A stretch of DNA of 64,000 bases, from IMG/VR virus record IMGVR_UViG_3300048893_000079, positions 18,528 through 82,527 of that record. One strand, 5' to 3'. The DNA is from a virus (lineage: Duplodnaviria; Caudoviricetes). The notes under the pieces were generated by a model. That model searched no databases, was not told the DNA's origin, and saw only the letters and a list, made by a program, of their open reading frames with translations. Positions 36,313 to 43,819 of this stretch are shown piece by piece (position 1 is the stretch's first letter; the number at the start of each line of letters is the position of its first letter). The translations under genes were made by a program, and so were the position numbers.

Positions 36313-36589
36313 AGGTAGTCTCCTGAACGAAGTCGATGCTTTCGATATGTTCGCGACGATGGATCGGGCAATAGTGGTTGAAGCCGACGGTCGCGGTGCG
36401 ATAGTAGGGCTCGGTTGGGCGACCGAGAATGGCCATCCCGGTTGCGTACCTAATGTTGACCGGGATGCCCTGCCAGTCGCGCTCTTTCAGCACGTCGGCA
36501 AGATTCGCGTCATCGCGCGCCTCTATGCGAATGCGTGTGCGACATCCGACATGATCGCATTCCAACCGGTATTCTTTCAGGAACGACAT
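36302..36589 (-). CDS. Putative Zn-binding protein
   Basis: CDHVGC ... HYCPIH. Confidence 0.55.
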   Translation of the reverse strand: MSFLKEYRLECDHVGCRTRIRIEARDDANLADVLKERDWQGIPVNIRYATGMAILGRPTEPYYRTATVGFNHYCPIHRREHIESIDFVQETTYAR

Positions 36590-37467
36590 CAGAAGGGTAT
36601 CCTGCAACTAATGCAATCGCAGTCCGGCGCATGTGCGTCTCCGAAAGCGCCGTCGATCCTGGAACCGTCCGTGTTCAGGACTTCGGTTTCGTTGCCCTCG
36701 AACGTACGCACCTTGTCGTCGATCACCGGATGATCGGGGAACGTCAGCGGGAAGTCCACCACGTTAGCCGGGTTCGGCGGAGGCGGCGGGATGATAAGCG
36801 AGGGCTCGTTGTGGATGATGTGCCGCATGATGTCGTCAGCCGGTTCCTCGTAGCCCACGCTCTTGCGGAACAGGAGGCAGTGATCGTACTTCAGCTTCTC
36901 GACGGTACGGACACCCTGGATCACGGCACGAGCCTGACGTTTGGCGTCGGACAGCGCGTTGTGCGCCACGTGGTTCTCGTCGTTGTGCTCGTCGCTCGGC
37001 CACACGCCAGTGAGATCGTAGGTCGTGCGAGCATCGCGGACCGCATTGTATTTCCACGGTGTCCTCAGATTAGCGAGACGATATGCGTTGTTCAGGATCG
37101 CGATGTCGAACACGTCGCCGTGCGCCCAGACCGTGCAAGTGTCGTCGGCGATGTCATCCGGGATCAGATACACGTAGAGCCGCTGAAGCGCCTCGAAGAG
37201 ATGCACCCGGTTCGCACGCAACGCCTGCTGCGCGGCGGGGTCTTGATCCTGCCACCACTCGATAGTGCTCGCGTTGACGCGCATGCCGCGATCAATGCAG
37301 GACTGCGGATCGACGTTCTGGTAGAACTCCGCGCCGAGCGATCCCTCGTTGAAGACGGGACCGTCGAACTTCGGCAACGTGAACTCCACGGCGCCGATGG
37401 ACAGGATCACCGCATCGTTGTCGGTGCTCAGTGTCTCCAAGTCGATCATGAAGTTGCGATGTGTCAT
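36589..37467 (-). CDS. 3'-5' exonuclease (DEDDh, Rv2179c/DUF5051-like)
   Basis: MIDLETL...A.ILSIGAV; FDIAIL; HNALSDA. Confidence 0.85.
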   Translation of the reverse strand: MTHRNFMIDLETLSTDNDAVILSIGAVEFTLPKFDGPVFNEGSLGAEFYQNVDPQSCIDRGMRVNASTIEWWQDQDPAAQQALRANRVHLFEALQRLYVYLIPDDIADDTCTVWAHGDVFDIAILNNAYRLANLRTPWKYNAVRDARTTYDLTGVWPSDEHNDENHVAHNALSDAKRQARAVIQGVRTVEKLKYDHCLLFRKSVGYEEPADDIMRHIIHNEPSLIIPPPPPNPANVVDFPLTFPDHPVIDDKVRTFEGNETEVLNTDGSRIDGAFGDAHAPDCDCISCRIPF

Positions 37468-38075
37468 AGCTGTCCCTCCGCTGAGAGTCGTTTGAGCGCG
37501 ACGTTCACGCCTAGCATTATCTCGTCTTCCGTTGCTTCGCGCGCTTCGGCCGAAGACCATTCGCTGCCGCGCGGGAAGTAGACGTTTGCACTGCCGTCCT
37601 CGTGGACCGTCTTGCGCGTGATGATCGTGATCGAGCCGTCCATGGTTCCGGTCGTGTGTATCTCGTCGGCGCGCTGGCTGTACGTGTTGCCCGCTGTGTA
37701 CGCTTCACGTGAGTTCTCGAACAGATAGACCGACTTCGGTTCCGACATCGCGCAGCCGCCGGGGCCGCAGATGATGTGCTGCTCCGTGAACGGTTGCCAG
37801 CCGAGCGCGACACCGGACGGCGTATCTTCGCGCTTCAGGAAGCGGCTGTTGGTGATCTTGCCAGCGACCACGAAGGACGAGAAGTCCCACGGATGCGTAT
37901 GCCAGCCGGAGTCTTCGCAATAGTTCAGCTTCGAGTGCCAGATGTGCAGCCGCGTGTTGGGATCGAGATACGTGCGCAACATGCCGAGCCCCTGGACTTG
38001 CCACTTGTGCTGAAAGGGCGCGGTCAGGATCGGTAGGACGATCTTGTTGCGAATGAGATCGAGTGCGGCGTTCAT
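37464..38075 (-). CDS. Cupin-fold protein
   Basis: RLHIW...HTHPWDFSS.V..G; IHT. Confidence 0.65.
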   Translation of the reverse strand: MNAALDLIRNKIVLPILTAPFQHKWQVQGLGMLRTYLDPNTRLHIWHSKLNYCEDSGWHTHPWDFSSFVVAGKITNSRFLKREDTPSGVALGWQPFTEQHIICGPGGCAMSEPKSVYLFENSREAYTAGNTYSQRADEIHTTGTMDGSITIITRKTVHEDGSANVYFPRGSEWSSAEAREATEDEIMLGVNVALKRLSAEGQL

Positions 38076-38194
38076 TTTCCACCTTTGCAGTCTTTGAAGG
38101 CCAGGATGCAGAAGAGCCAAACGCAGGCCCACCACACGCCGTCCTCAATTCGATGCAGGGTAGCGAGGAGGTCGATGATTTGTGCGGGCGTCAC
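38072..38194 (-). CDS. Small membrane peptide
   Basis: GTGA coupling; hand-called start. Confidence 0.45.
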   Translation of the reverse strand: MTPAQIIDLLATLHRIEDGVWWACVWLFCILAFKDCKGGK

Positions 38195-38295
38195 TTGAAG
38201 CTCCCGAACAGAAACTTGAAGAGCACGGTGAAGAACAGGAACGTCCACCAGAACTCCGAAAGTTTGAACTCGTTGAGGAATTGCCAGATCGTCAT
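38191..38295 (-). CDS. 34-aa hydrophobic peptide
   Basis: MTIWQFLNEFKLSEFWWTFLFFTVLFKFLFGSFK; ATGA/GTGA coupling at both ends. Confidence 0.5.
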   Translation of the reverse strand: MTIWQFLNEFKLSEFWWTFLFFTVLFKFLFGSFK

Positions 38296-38543
38296 TTGCG
38301 TTTCTCCAATGGCATGACACCGAGCTTGCGAAGCTGGTGCCGTACTTCAGATGCCTTGTTCTTTGCGCCGCGATAATCGCTCGGCGTGGTCGGGAATGTG
38401 CTGTAGTGCTCTACGCCGTCCGGCAGCGTGAAGATGCACCGCATGTGCTTGCCGCCCATCTCATAGCGGAACTTGCGTATGCCGTGCTCCGCTAAGACGC
38501 GCTCGATGGCGTCGCGATAGGGCTTCTGTCCGCGTGTGGTCAT
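38292..38543 (-). CDS. HicA-like RNase-fold protein
   Basis: GGKH and TPSD.RG..N motifs, 83 aa, basic. Confidence 0.6.
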   Translation of the reverse strand: MTTRGQKPYRDAIERVLAEHGIRKFRYEMGGKHMRCIFTLPDGVEHYSTFPTTPSDYRGAKNKASEVRHQLRKLGVMPLEKRK

Positions 38544-38761
38544 CGCCCGGTCCATGCTCTGGAATCGAAGACTACGCGCCACCGGAATGTATCGGTGCGA
38601 ACATCCTCGTATTTGATGACCTTGCCCGCGTTGACTACATCGGCGCCGCTGCGACGCATGAGACTGCGCACTTCGCGGGCCTCGTCGAAGTAGTCGCCTC
38701 GATCCGTTTGCAGCAGATCGAGGGCAGATACGACTAGCGAGTACGGCGTGCGGATGGTCAC
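38540..38761 (-). CDS. Hypothetical protein
   Basis: GTGA coupling; hand-called start. Confidence 0.5.
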   Translation of the reverse strand: MTIRTPYSLVVSALDLLQTDRGDYFDEAREVRSLMRRSGADVVNAGKVIKYEDVRTDTFRWRVVFDSRAWTGR

Positions 38762-38847
38762 TTCCGGCGTCTCCAGAAGTAACCGGCGTTGACGATCAGG
38801 AAGATCGCAACGATAACGACGAGACCGAGGGCTTGCTCGGAAGTCAT
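38758..38847 (-). CDS. 29-aa membrane peptide
   Basis: MTSEQALGLVVIVAIFLIVNAGYFWRRRK; coupled at both ends. Confidence 0.5.
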   Translation of the reverse strand: MTSEQALGLVVIVAIFLIVNAGYFWRRRK

Positions 38848-39095
38848 TTGCGTGCGATGCCGACGGCCGAACGGTAGAGGTCTTCCATCGCGTCCTGCTC
38901 GTCACGGTCGGCGCTCTCCTGCTTGATAAGCGGGATGACGCGCTTGCGAATGACACGGGTGTCGAAGCCCGAACCTTTCGCCTCGTTGTAGACTTCCTTG
39001 ATGTCGTCCGCGAGCGCCTGCTTCTCTTCTTCGAGACGCACGATGCGGTTGACGAAGCTCTTCAGCGTTGCCGCTGCAAATCCTGACTTGGCCAT
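38844..39095 (-). CDS. gapR: GapR-like nucleoid-associated protein (DUF2312)
   Basis: LKSFV.RI.RLEEEK..L..DIKEVY.EAKG.GFD...D.Y. Confidence 0.9.
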   Translation of the reverse strand: MAKSGFAAATLKSFVNRIVRLEEEKQALADDIKEVYNEAKGSGFDTRVIRKRVIPLIKQESADRDEQDAMEDLYRSAVGIARK

Positions 39096-39175
39096 GTGGC
39101 ACTCCTATGCGGTTTTCCGTATGCCCCGAACTTACACGCTTTTCCGTATATCCAAAGCAACAATCTCAGAACTGG

Positions 39176-39577
39176 TTAATCGCGGACGCGGCAGCTTGAA
39201 CGCTCCAGCCCATTGCACGGACCCTCGTGCGGGCCACGCCGCGTGCAGAACTGAGCGTTAGGATCGCCCTTCTGAAAGAAGCTCGGCGACGCCGCGAGCA
39301 CAAGCTCGGCCTGCCGCTCGTAATCCGGGAAGTAGCTGTACTTCGCGACGATCAACCAGCACACCCATTCGACGAAGATCGTGAGCGAGGGGATGTTGAT
39401 GCCGGTCTTGCCGACAAGGTAGACGCCGAAGAAGAGCGTGGCGAAGACGAAAATCCAGATCGTGGCGCGATCCTTCACGACCGCATCACCCTGATAGACG
39501 GTGGATGCCGCCATCGGGATGCAGGCCGCAGCGAATAGGAAGGAGCCGATAGCTCCAATGATGTTGAGCAAGATCAT
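39176..39577 (-). CDS. PQ-loop/SemiSWEET-like three-helix membrane protein
   Basis: IGAIG..LFA...IPM followed by two more TM helices. Confidence 0.55.
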   Translation of the reverse strand: MILLNIIGAIGSFLFAAACIPMAASTVYQGDAVVKDRATIWIFVFATLFFGVYLVGKTGINIPSLTIFVEWVCWLIVAKYSYFPDYERQAELVLAASPSFFQKGDPNAQFCTRRGPHEGPCNGLERSSCRVRD

Positions 39578-39978
39578 GCGAACCCCTGCTTTGGTGTTGG
39601 TGGCTCTTCGTTGCCGGTAGCGTCCTTGCGCGCAGCCTTCACCGCGTCGCTGAGAGTACCGTTGGGCGCGTTGCGTGCGGCTCGCGATCTTGCGATGTCG
39701 CCGCTGTTCGGCTTGGTGCCGAGCTTTAGCGGATCGCTGGCCATGAGAAGCGCGTTGGCCTGTTCGTACCGCGCCTTCAAGTTGTCGGCGATGCCCTGCC
39801 AGAACGCAATCGAGTTGTGCGCATGCAATGCATGACGCTGCGACTCTTTCAGATCGCGCTTGAGATGCTTGATCTCATAGTGCTGCACGATCAGCGTGGC
39901 AAAACCCACGGCGCCGAGCACGAGATTGACAAGAGTGTCGCGCTGGAAAAGAAACGTCGCGATGTCATGGATGGTCAT
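39574..39978 (-). CDS. Membrane-anchored coiled-coil protein
   Basis: N-terminal TM; ATGA coupling. Confidence 0.55.
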   Translation of the reverse strand: MTIHDIATFLFQRDTLVNLVLGAVGFATLIVQHYEIKHLKRDLKESQRHALHAHNSIAFWQGIADNLKARYEQANALLMASDPLKLGTKPNSGDIARSRAARNAPNGTLSDAVKAARKDATGNEEPPTPKQGFA

Positions 39979-40370
39979 AGCTTCTTCCTTGCTTTCATCA
40001 CCTTGTCGAGCCCGCGTGCGATGCGAGCGTTGGCACTGTCGCGCCACACGTACGGCTCTTCGTGCTGGTCGTTGTTCTCGTCCGGCCGAAGCTGACGGAT
40101 CACACCTTTGCGAGCGGCGATCATGCGATCCTTCTCGGCCTGCGGCAGCGCGTCGAACGTGTCGCCGATCTTCTGCGAGCCTGGGCCTCCGGCAATGGTG
40201 ACGCCGTAGTTCTTGCGGACCTCTTCGAGCGCGCCGCCCGGAGCGTAGCGCACGCGCCTTGCGTCGATGGGCTCCATCGGACGGCCTTCACCACTGGCCT
40301 CGTCTTTGCCGTAGTGGAAGTCCGGCAGCGCGAATGTGAGCGCGGCGAAGATGCGACGAAGCCAGTTCAT
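39975..40370 (-). CDS. Hypothetical protein
   Basis: Coupled ORF. Confidence 0.6.
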   Translation of the reverse strand: MNWLRRIFAALTFALPDFHYGKDEASGEGRPMEPIDARRVRYAPGGALEEVRKNYGVTIAGGPGSQKIGDTFDALPQAEKDRMIAARKGVIRQLRPDENNDQHEEPYVWRDSANARIARGLDKVMKARKKL

Positions 40371-40552
40371 AGTTCAATTCCTAGACAGATGGTTCGAACG
40401 GAAACGATGTCGGGGTTCTTGCGGCGCACGTCGGCTTCAATCGCCGGGCGTGCAGCTTCGCACTGCGCATGGTCGGGCGCCGTGACGGACGTGGTGAGAC
40501 CCAATCCGCTCGCGAGCTTCGCGACAATGAGCATGACCTCGATCAGTGTCAT
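40367..40552 (-). CDS. Small exported protein with two Cys
   Basis: Coupled ORF. Confidence 0.5.
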   Translation of the reverse strand: MTLIEVMLIVAKLASGLGLTTSVTAPDHAQCEAARPAIEADVRRKNPDIVSVRTICLGIEL

Positions 40553-41073
40553 GTGTCTGACGGCTTGTCGCCGGTAAAGCCGTCATCGGTGAACGCATAG
40601 CGATCCACCTTGCCAGCGATTTGCGCACGCTCTTCAGGCGTGGCAATTCGCGAGCCCTCGACCGCAGCCTGCTGACGGTATGCGCCACGTTCGCGCGGAA
40701 GATCGGTGATGCTGCCGGTGCCGAAATCGTTGCCAAGCCGGTCCTTGCCGAGTGGGCTCAAGTCATCGCTTGTGCCTTCGTACATGATGTACGCCCGTGG
40801 ACGTTCGAAGCCTTTGCGCTGCGGAGCGCCGTGGTGCTCCATCGCGGCGACGCCGAGGGCGACGACCTTTCGAACGAATTCCAGCGTGGCAGGCTTGGCT
40901 TCCGGTCCCCACGTCGTTGAAGCGACGCGCTTCGTCTCCGTCAGATAGAAGTCCATGAAGAGGATGAACTCTTCTAGCGAGTGGAACGGATTGCCCTGAT
41001 CGCGCTTGACGCGCATCTCCTGGTAGTCGCGCTCGCTGTTGATCGCGGCGTAAACGTCTGCACGTGATGTCAT
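40549..41073 (-). CDS. All-alpha NTP-pyrophosphatase-like protein
   Basis: INSERDYQ ... EF..KV.AL.VAAME.HG. Confidence 0.5.
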   Translation of the reverse strand: MTSRADVYAAINSERDYQEMRVKRDQGNPFHSLEEFILFMDFYLTETKRVASTTWGPEAKPATLEFVRKVVALGVAAMEHHGAPQRKGFERPRAYIMYEGTSDDLSPLGKDRLGNDFGTGSITDLPRERGAYRQQAAVEGSRIATPEERAQIAGKVDRYAFTDDGFTGDKPSDT

Positions 41074-41630
41074 TGCACTTTCTCCTCATAACGCGCATGC
41101 GAATCCCGCACCCGCTTTTCCTCTTCCTTGCGCAGCTTCTTGGTGCGCGGATGATCCGGGTCCATCGTGTCGGCGATGAACTTGATGCCAAGGGCGCCGT
41201 GGAAGTTCGGGAGATCATTCTCACCAATGCCGCGAAGATCGTACGACATAAGCGAGAGGAAATTCCAGGCCGCATGCAGCAGATGGTGGCAACCACTCTC
41301 GCGGTCATAACGCTCGCCGCAGACGAACTTGAAGACGTGGCGCAGACCGCAGCCGATCATCTTCCCCCACTTCATGCCGCGCTCCCAGTTGCGCACGGCG
41401 TACTTCTCTGCGCCTTGCGTGAGCACGTTGCCGAGTCCCCAAATCCATTCCGGCGGAATGAGTTCAAGCATGTTCTTGCCATCGTCCTTGCGGAGCCCGC
41501 CGCCATCGGCGACAACCGGCGACTTGATCTCATTCGCGATCTTTTGGATAGCTCGCGAGGCATTGCGCTTCTCAATCATTTTCGCCCGGTTCCGTACCAC
41601 ATTGCGGATGCGGCGTTGATCGCTATGCAT
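41070..41630 (-). CDS. dATP/dGTP diphosphohydrolase domain protein (DUF5664-like)
   Basis: G.RKDDGK...ELIP....GA.KY..RNW..G....RH......D.ESG..HL.HAAWN. Confidence 0.85.
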   Translation of the reverse strand: MHSDQRRIRNVVRNRAKMIEKRNASRAIQKIANEIKSPVVADGGGLRKDDGKNMLELIPPEWIWGLGNVLTQGAEKYAVRNWERGMKWGKMIGCGLRHVFKFVCGERYDRESGCHHLLHAAWNFLSLMSYDLRGIGENDLPNFHGALGIKFIADTMDPDHPRTKKLRKEEEKRVRDSHARYEEKVQ

Positions 41631-42345
41631 GTCCGTGCTCTCCGCGCTTGTAGGCTTCGAAGCCTGCCGCTGTGATCCGATAGTGGCTGTCGCCGCGATA
41701 GACGGCGTACCCTTTGCCGATCAGGAAGCCAAGCCCCATGACCATGCGAACGCCTGCCGGGTCGAGCCCGGAGCCGGACACGAATAGCTCGAAGCCTTCC
41801 GGGATGCGGCCGAGGAGGGCCAGGGCGTCCATGGTGGCCACGGCCAGTTGATCGCCGGGGACGAAGCCGTCGCCTGCCGGTGGCCGGGTCGGAGTGGCCG
41901 CCTCGCGGGCGATCTCGATAAGGGGTGTGGGGCGCTCTTCCTGCGGCAATTCGGCCGCAAAAGCCTCCCTTTCCCAGTCCTCCAGCGGCGGGCTCACAGG
42001 AGCCCCGCTGACGGGCGCTTTTGCCGGGGGTGCCGCAGTACCGGCGCGGGCCGCCGCGCGAGCCTCCGCTGCGCGCTGCTTGCGAATTCTGAGGTTTTCG
42101 GCCGACCGCACGTCGAGCCCGCCGCCTGCTTCCCGCGTACCGGTTCGGATGCCCTCGGTCGAGCCTTTGCCGCCCGGACCCTTGACGCTGTTTGCGCCGG
42201 GCAGCGCCGGGCCACGATCCCCGGAGGTATCGTTGAACGCCGCGTCAACTTCCTCCGGGCTGGCCTCCCGGATCACGGCGTTGGCCGGACCCTTGTGGGG
42301 CCTGCGGAGGGCGGCGCCGACGCCTGTGCGTTCTTGCTCGTCCAC
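41623..42345 (-). CDS. Hypothetical protein, A/P-rich linker and a possible C-terminal winged helix
   Basis: Open frame between coupled neighbours; start uncertain. Confidence 0.5.
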   Translation of the reverse strand: MDEQERTGVGAALRRPHKGPANAVIREASPEEVDAAFNDTSGDRGPALPGANSVKGPGGKGSTEGIRTGTREAGGGLDVRSAENLRIRKQRAAEARAAARAGTAAPPAKAPVSGAPVSPPLEDWEREAFAAELPQEERPTPLIEIAREAATPTRPPAGDGFVPGDQLAVATMDALALLGRIPEGFELFVSGSGLDPAGVRMVMGLGFLIGKGYAVYRGDSHYRITAAGFEAYKRGEHGHA

Positions 42346-42347
42346 GA

Positions 42348-42842
42348 TCAGATACCCGGTGTGAGGATCGACGCGGCGATCAGCACGGCGTCTTCCAGAT
42401 TGTCCACGCGGTAGCCCGCCGTGTGCGTCACGAACACGTGGTCGTGGCAATTGCCCTCGGCCTCCATGATGACGATCAGCGGCTTGCGCGGAATTTGAGC
42501 GGCGGCGAAACCGATCTCCCAGACGGTGCCGATGCTCACGCGTTCGGCGCCGAGGAAGTTGGCGACCACGAGATCGCGATTCGAAACATCGTTGGCGTCG
42601 CGCGTCAGGATGCCGAGCGGACGAGATAGCGCGTTACCGATGCGCTCCAAGTCTTCGCCCTTGCACTGAAGCGATTGCTGGCCGTCGAGGAATTCCTTCG
42701 CGCGCATCGGCGAGAAGCATTCGATGTGAGGCGCCACTTCGGCCATGCGCTTTGCGAAGTCACCGCGCCAACCGTAACGGGCGTCTTCGTACTTCAAGCC
42801 GGTGATTGGACCGGCGAGGTAGATCGACTTAGGACTCGGCAT
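42348..42842 (-). CDS. Nucleoside 2-deoxyribosyltransferase/deoxynucleotide N-hydrolase family protein
   Basis: IYLAGP; RD..DV...DLVVAN; S.GT.WEIG.A. Confidence 0.85.
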   Translation of the reverse strand: MPSPKSIYLAGPITGLKYEDARYGWRGDFAKRMAEVAPHIECFSPMRAKEFLDGQQSLQCKGEDLERIGNALSRPLGILTRDANDVSNRDLVVANFLGAERVSIGTVWEIGFAAAQIPRKPLIVIMEAEGNCHDHVFVTHTAGYRVDNLEDAVLIAASILTPGI

Positions 42843-43104
42843 TTAGGGTCTCCACAAGTGGCCACGGATAGACATCGCCGTTCTCTCTGATCTTCTTGTT
42901 CTCGTAGGGCACGGCAACCCTGCGATAGAATTCTTTGCTGGCTCCATCAAGCGCACCGATCACATCGTTGATCGTCTGATAGCTCAAGCCCTGCTCTTCG
43001 ATGTATCGGATCGCGATCATCGTGAAGTGATAATTTAACTCGCCGGGCGTCTGCGCTTTCGCAGGCGGTTCGGCTAGGCGTTCATGACGTTTGATGTACG
43101 GCAT
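42829..43104 (-). CDS. Conserved phage protein (DUF6899-like)
   Basis: MPYIK ... GELNY ... EFYRRVA.PYE..KI.ENGDVY. Confidence 0.7.
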   Translation of the reverse strand: MPYIKRHERLAEPPAKAQTPGELNYHFTMIAIRYIEEQGLSYQTINDVIGALDGASKEFYRRVAVPYENKKIRENGDVYPWPLVETLNAES

Positions 43105-43391
43105 CAGTGCCACGAGTCCCATTGCAGATTGATGGAGAAGCCGAGGATGGTGATCCGATAGTCGGCCCAAGCGAAGTACGTTGACCACAGCCAGTCGCCG
43201 ATGTTCTCCAGCGCGTACGATCCCGTGAGGTAGTGAAGCGACGGAATGTGCCACGCGACGGTGATGGTCTTCGTGAACTCCCTATCGTTCGGACCGACTT
43301 CAAGCCGCGTCGTCCAACCGAGGAACACGCGGACCATGTGATCCAGATCGCCAAGTTCGACGCCGACAGCAGGCTCGATTGAAAGACGCAT
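43104..43391 (-). CDS. Hypothetical protein
   Basis: Coupled ORF. Confidence 0.55.
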   Translation of the reverse strand: MRLSIEPAVGVELGDLDHMVRVFLGWTTRLEVGPNDREFTKTITVAWHIPSLHYLTGSYALENIGDWLWSTYFAWADYRITILGFSINLQWDSWH

Positions 43392-43594
43392 TAGGACACC
43401 ACTATTTCTTCAAGCGATTTGACGGCACGCTTGAAAGCCGCGAGTGAATTGACCGGAATGAATATGTTGTCTTGGCCTTGGTGCAGATAGACGCCGCCGT
43501 CTGAACTGCGGCTGGCTGAAATCGGAATCGTGTTTTGCCCTTCAATGTGGAATGTGCTCCACGCGATTGCAGGCTTCGGCGTCTGGGTAGCCAT
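43391..43594 (-). CDS. Hypothetical protein
   Basis: GGAGG SD. Confidence 0.6.
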   Translation of the reverse strand: MATQTPKPAIAWSTFHIEGQNTIPISASRSSDGGVYLHQGQDNIFIPVNSLAAFKRAVKSLEEIVVS

Positions 43595-43624
43595 TGCGTT
43601 CCTCCGCATTTGCCCCATCGTATA

Positions 43625-43819
43625 TCACGGTGTCGAGGTTATCCCAAGCAAATTGTTGAAGCCCTCGTCCCAGGCTTTCCGGCGTTCTTCGTCCCGATAT
43701 GGGTTAAGACTTCCCGGCATCCCGGCTTCGCGGGCGCTCTGCCCGGCGTTAACGATCTTCTCCCGCTCGATGCGGTCCGGCGGAAGGATGACCTTCTCTG
43801 GCTTTATCGTGGCGCCCAT
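43625..43819 (-). CDS. Small protein with an Rmf/CrpP-like motif
   Basis: G..A..AG.....NPY....R..AW.EGF. Confidence 0.45.
   Translation of the reverse strand: MGATIKPEKVILPPDRIEREKIVNAGQSAREAGMPGSLNPYRDEERRKAWDEGFNNLLGITSTP

Noticed and set aside
41623-42345. Foreign insertion suggested by very high GC
   Set aside because: Explained by A/P/G-rich coding; it shows the same hexamer avoidance as the rest of the window and has no flanking repeats.
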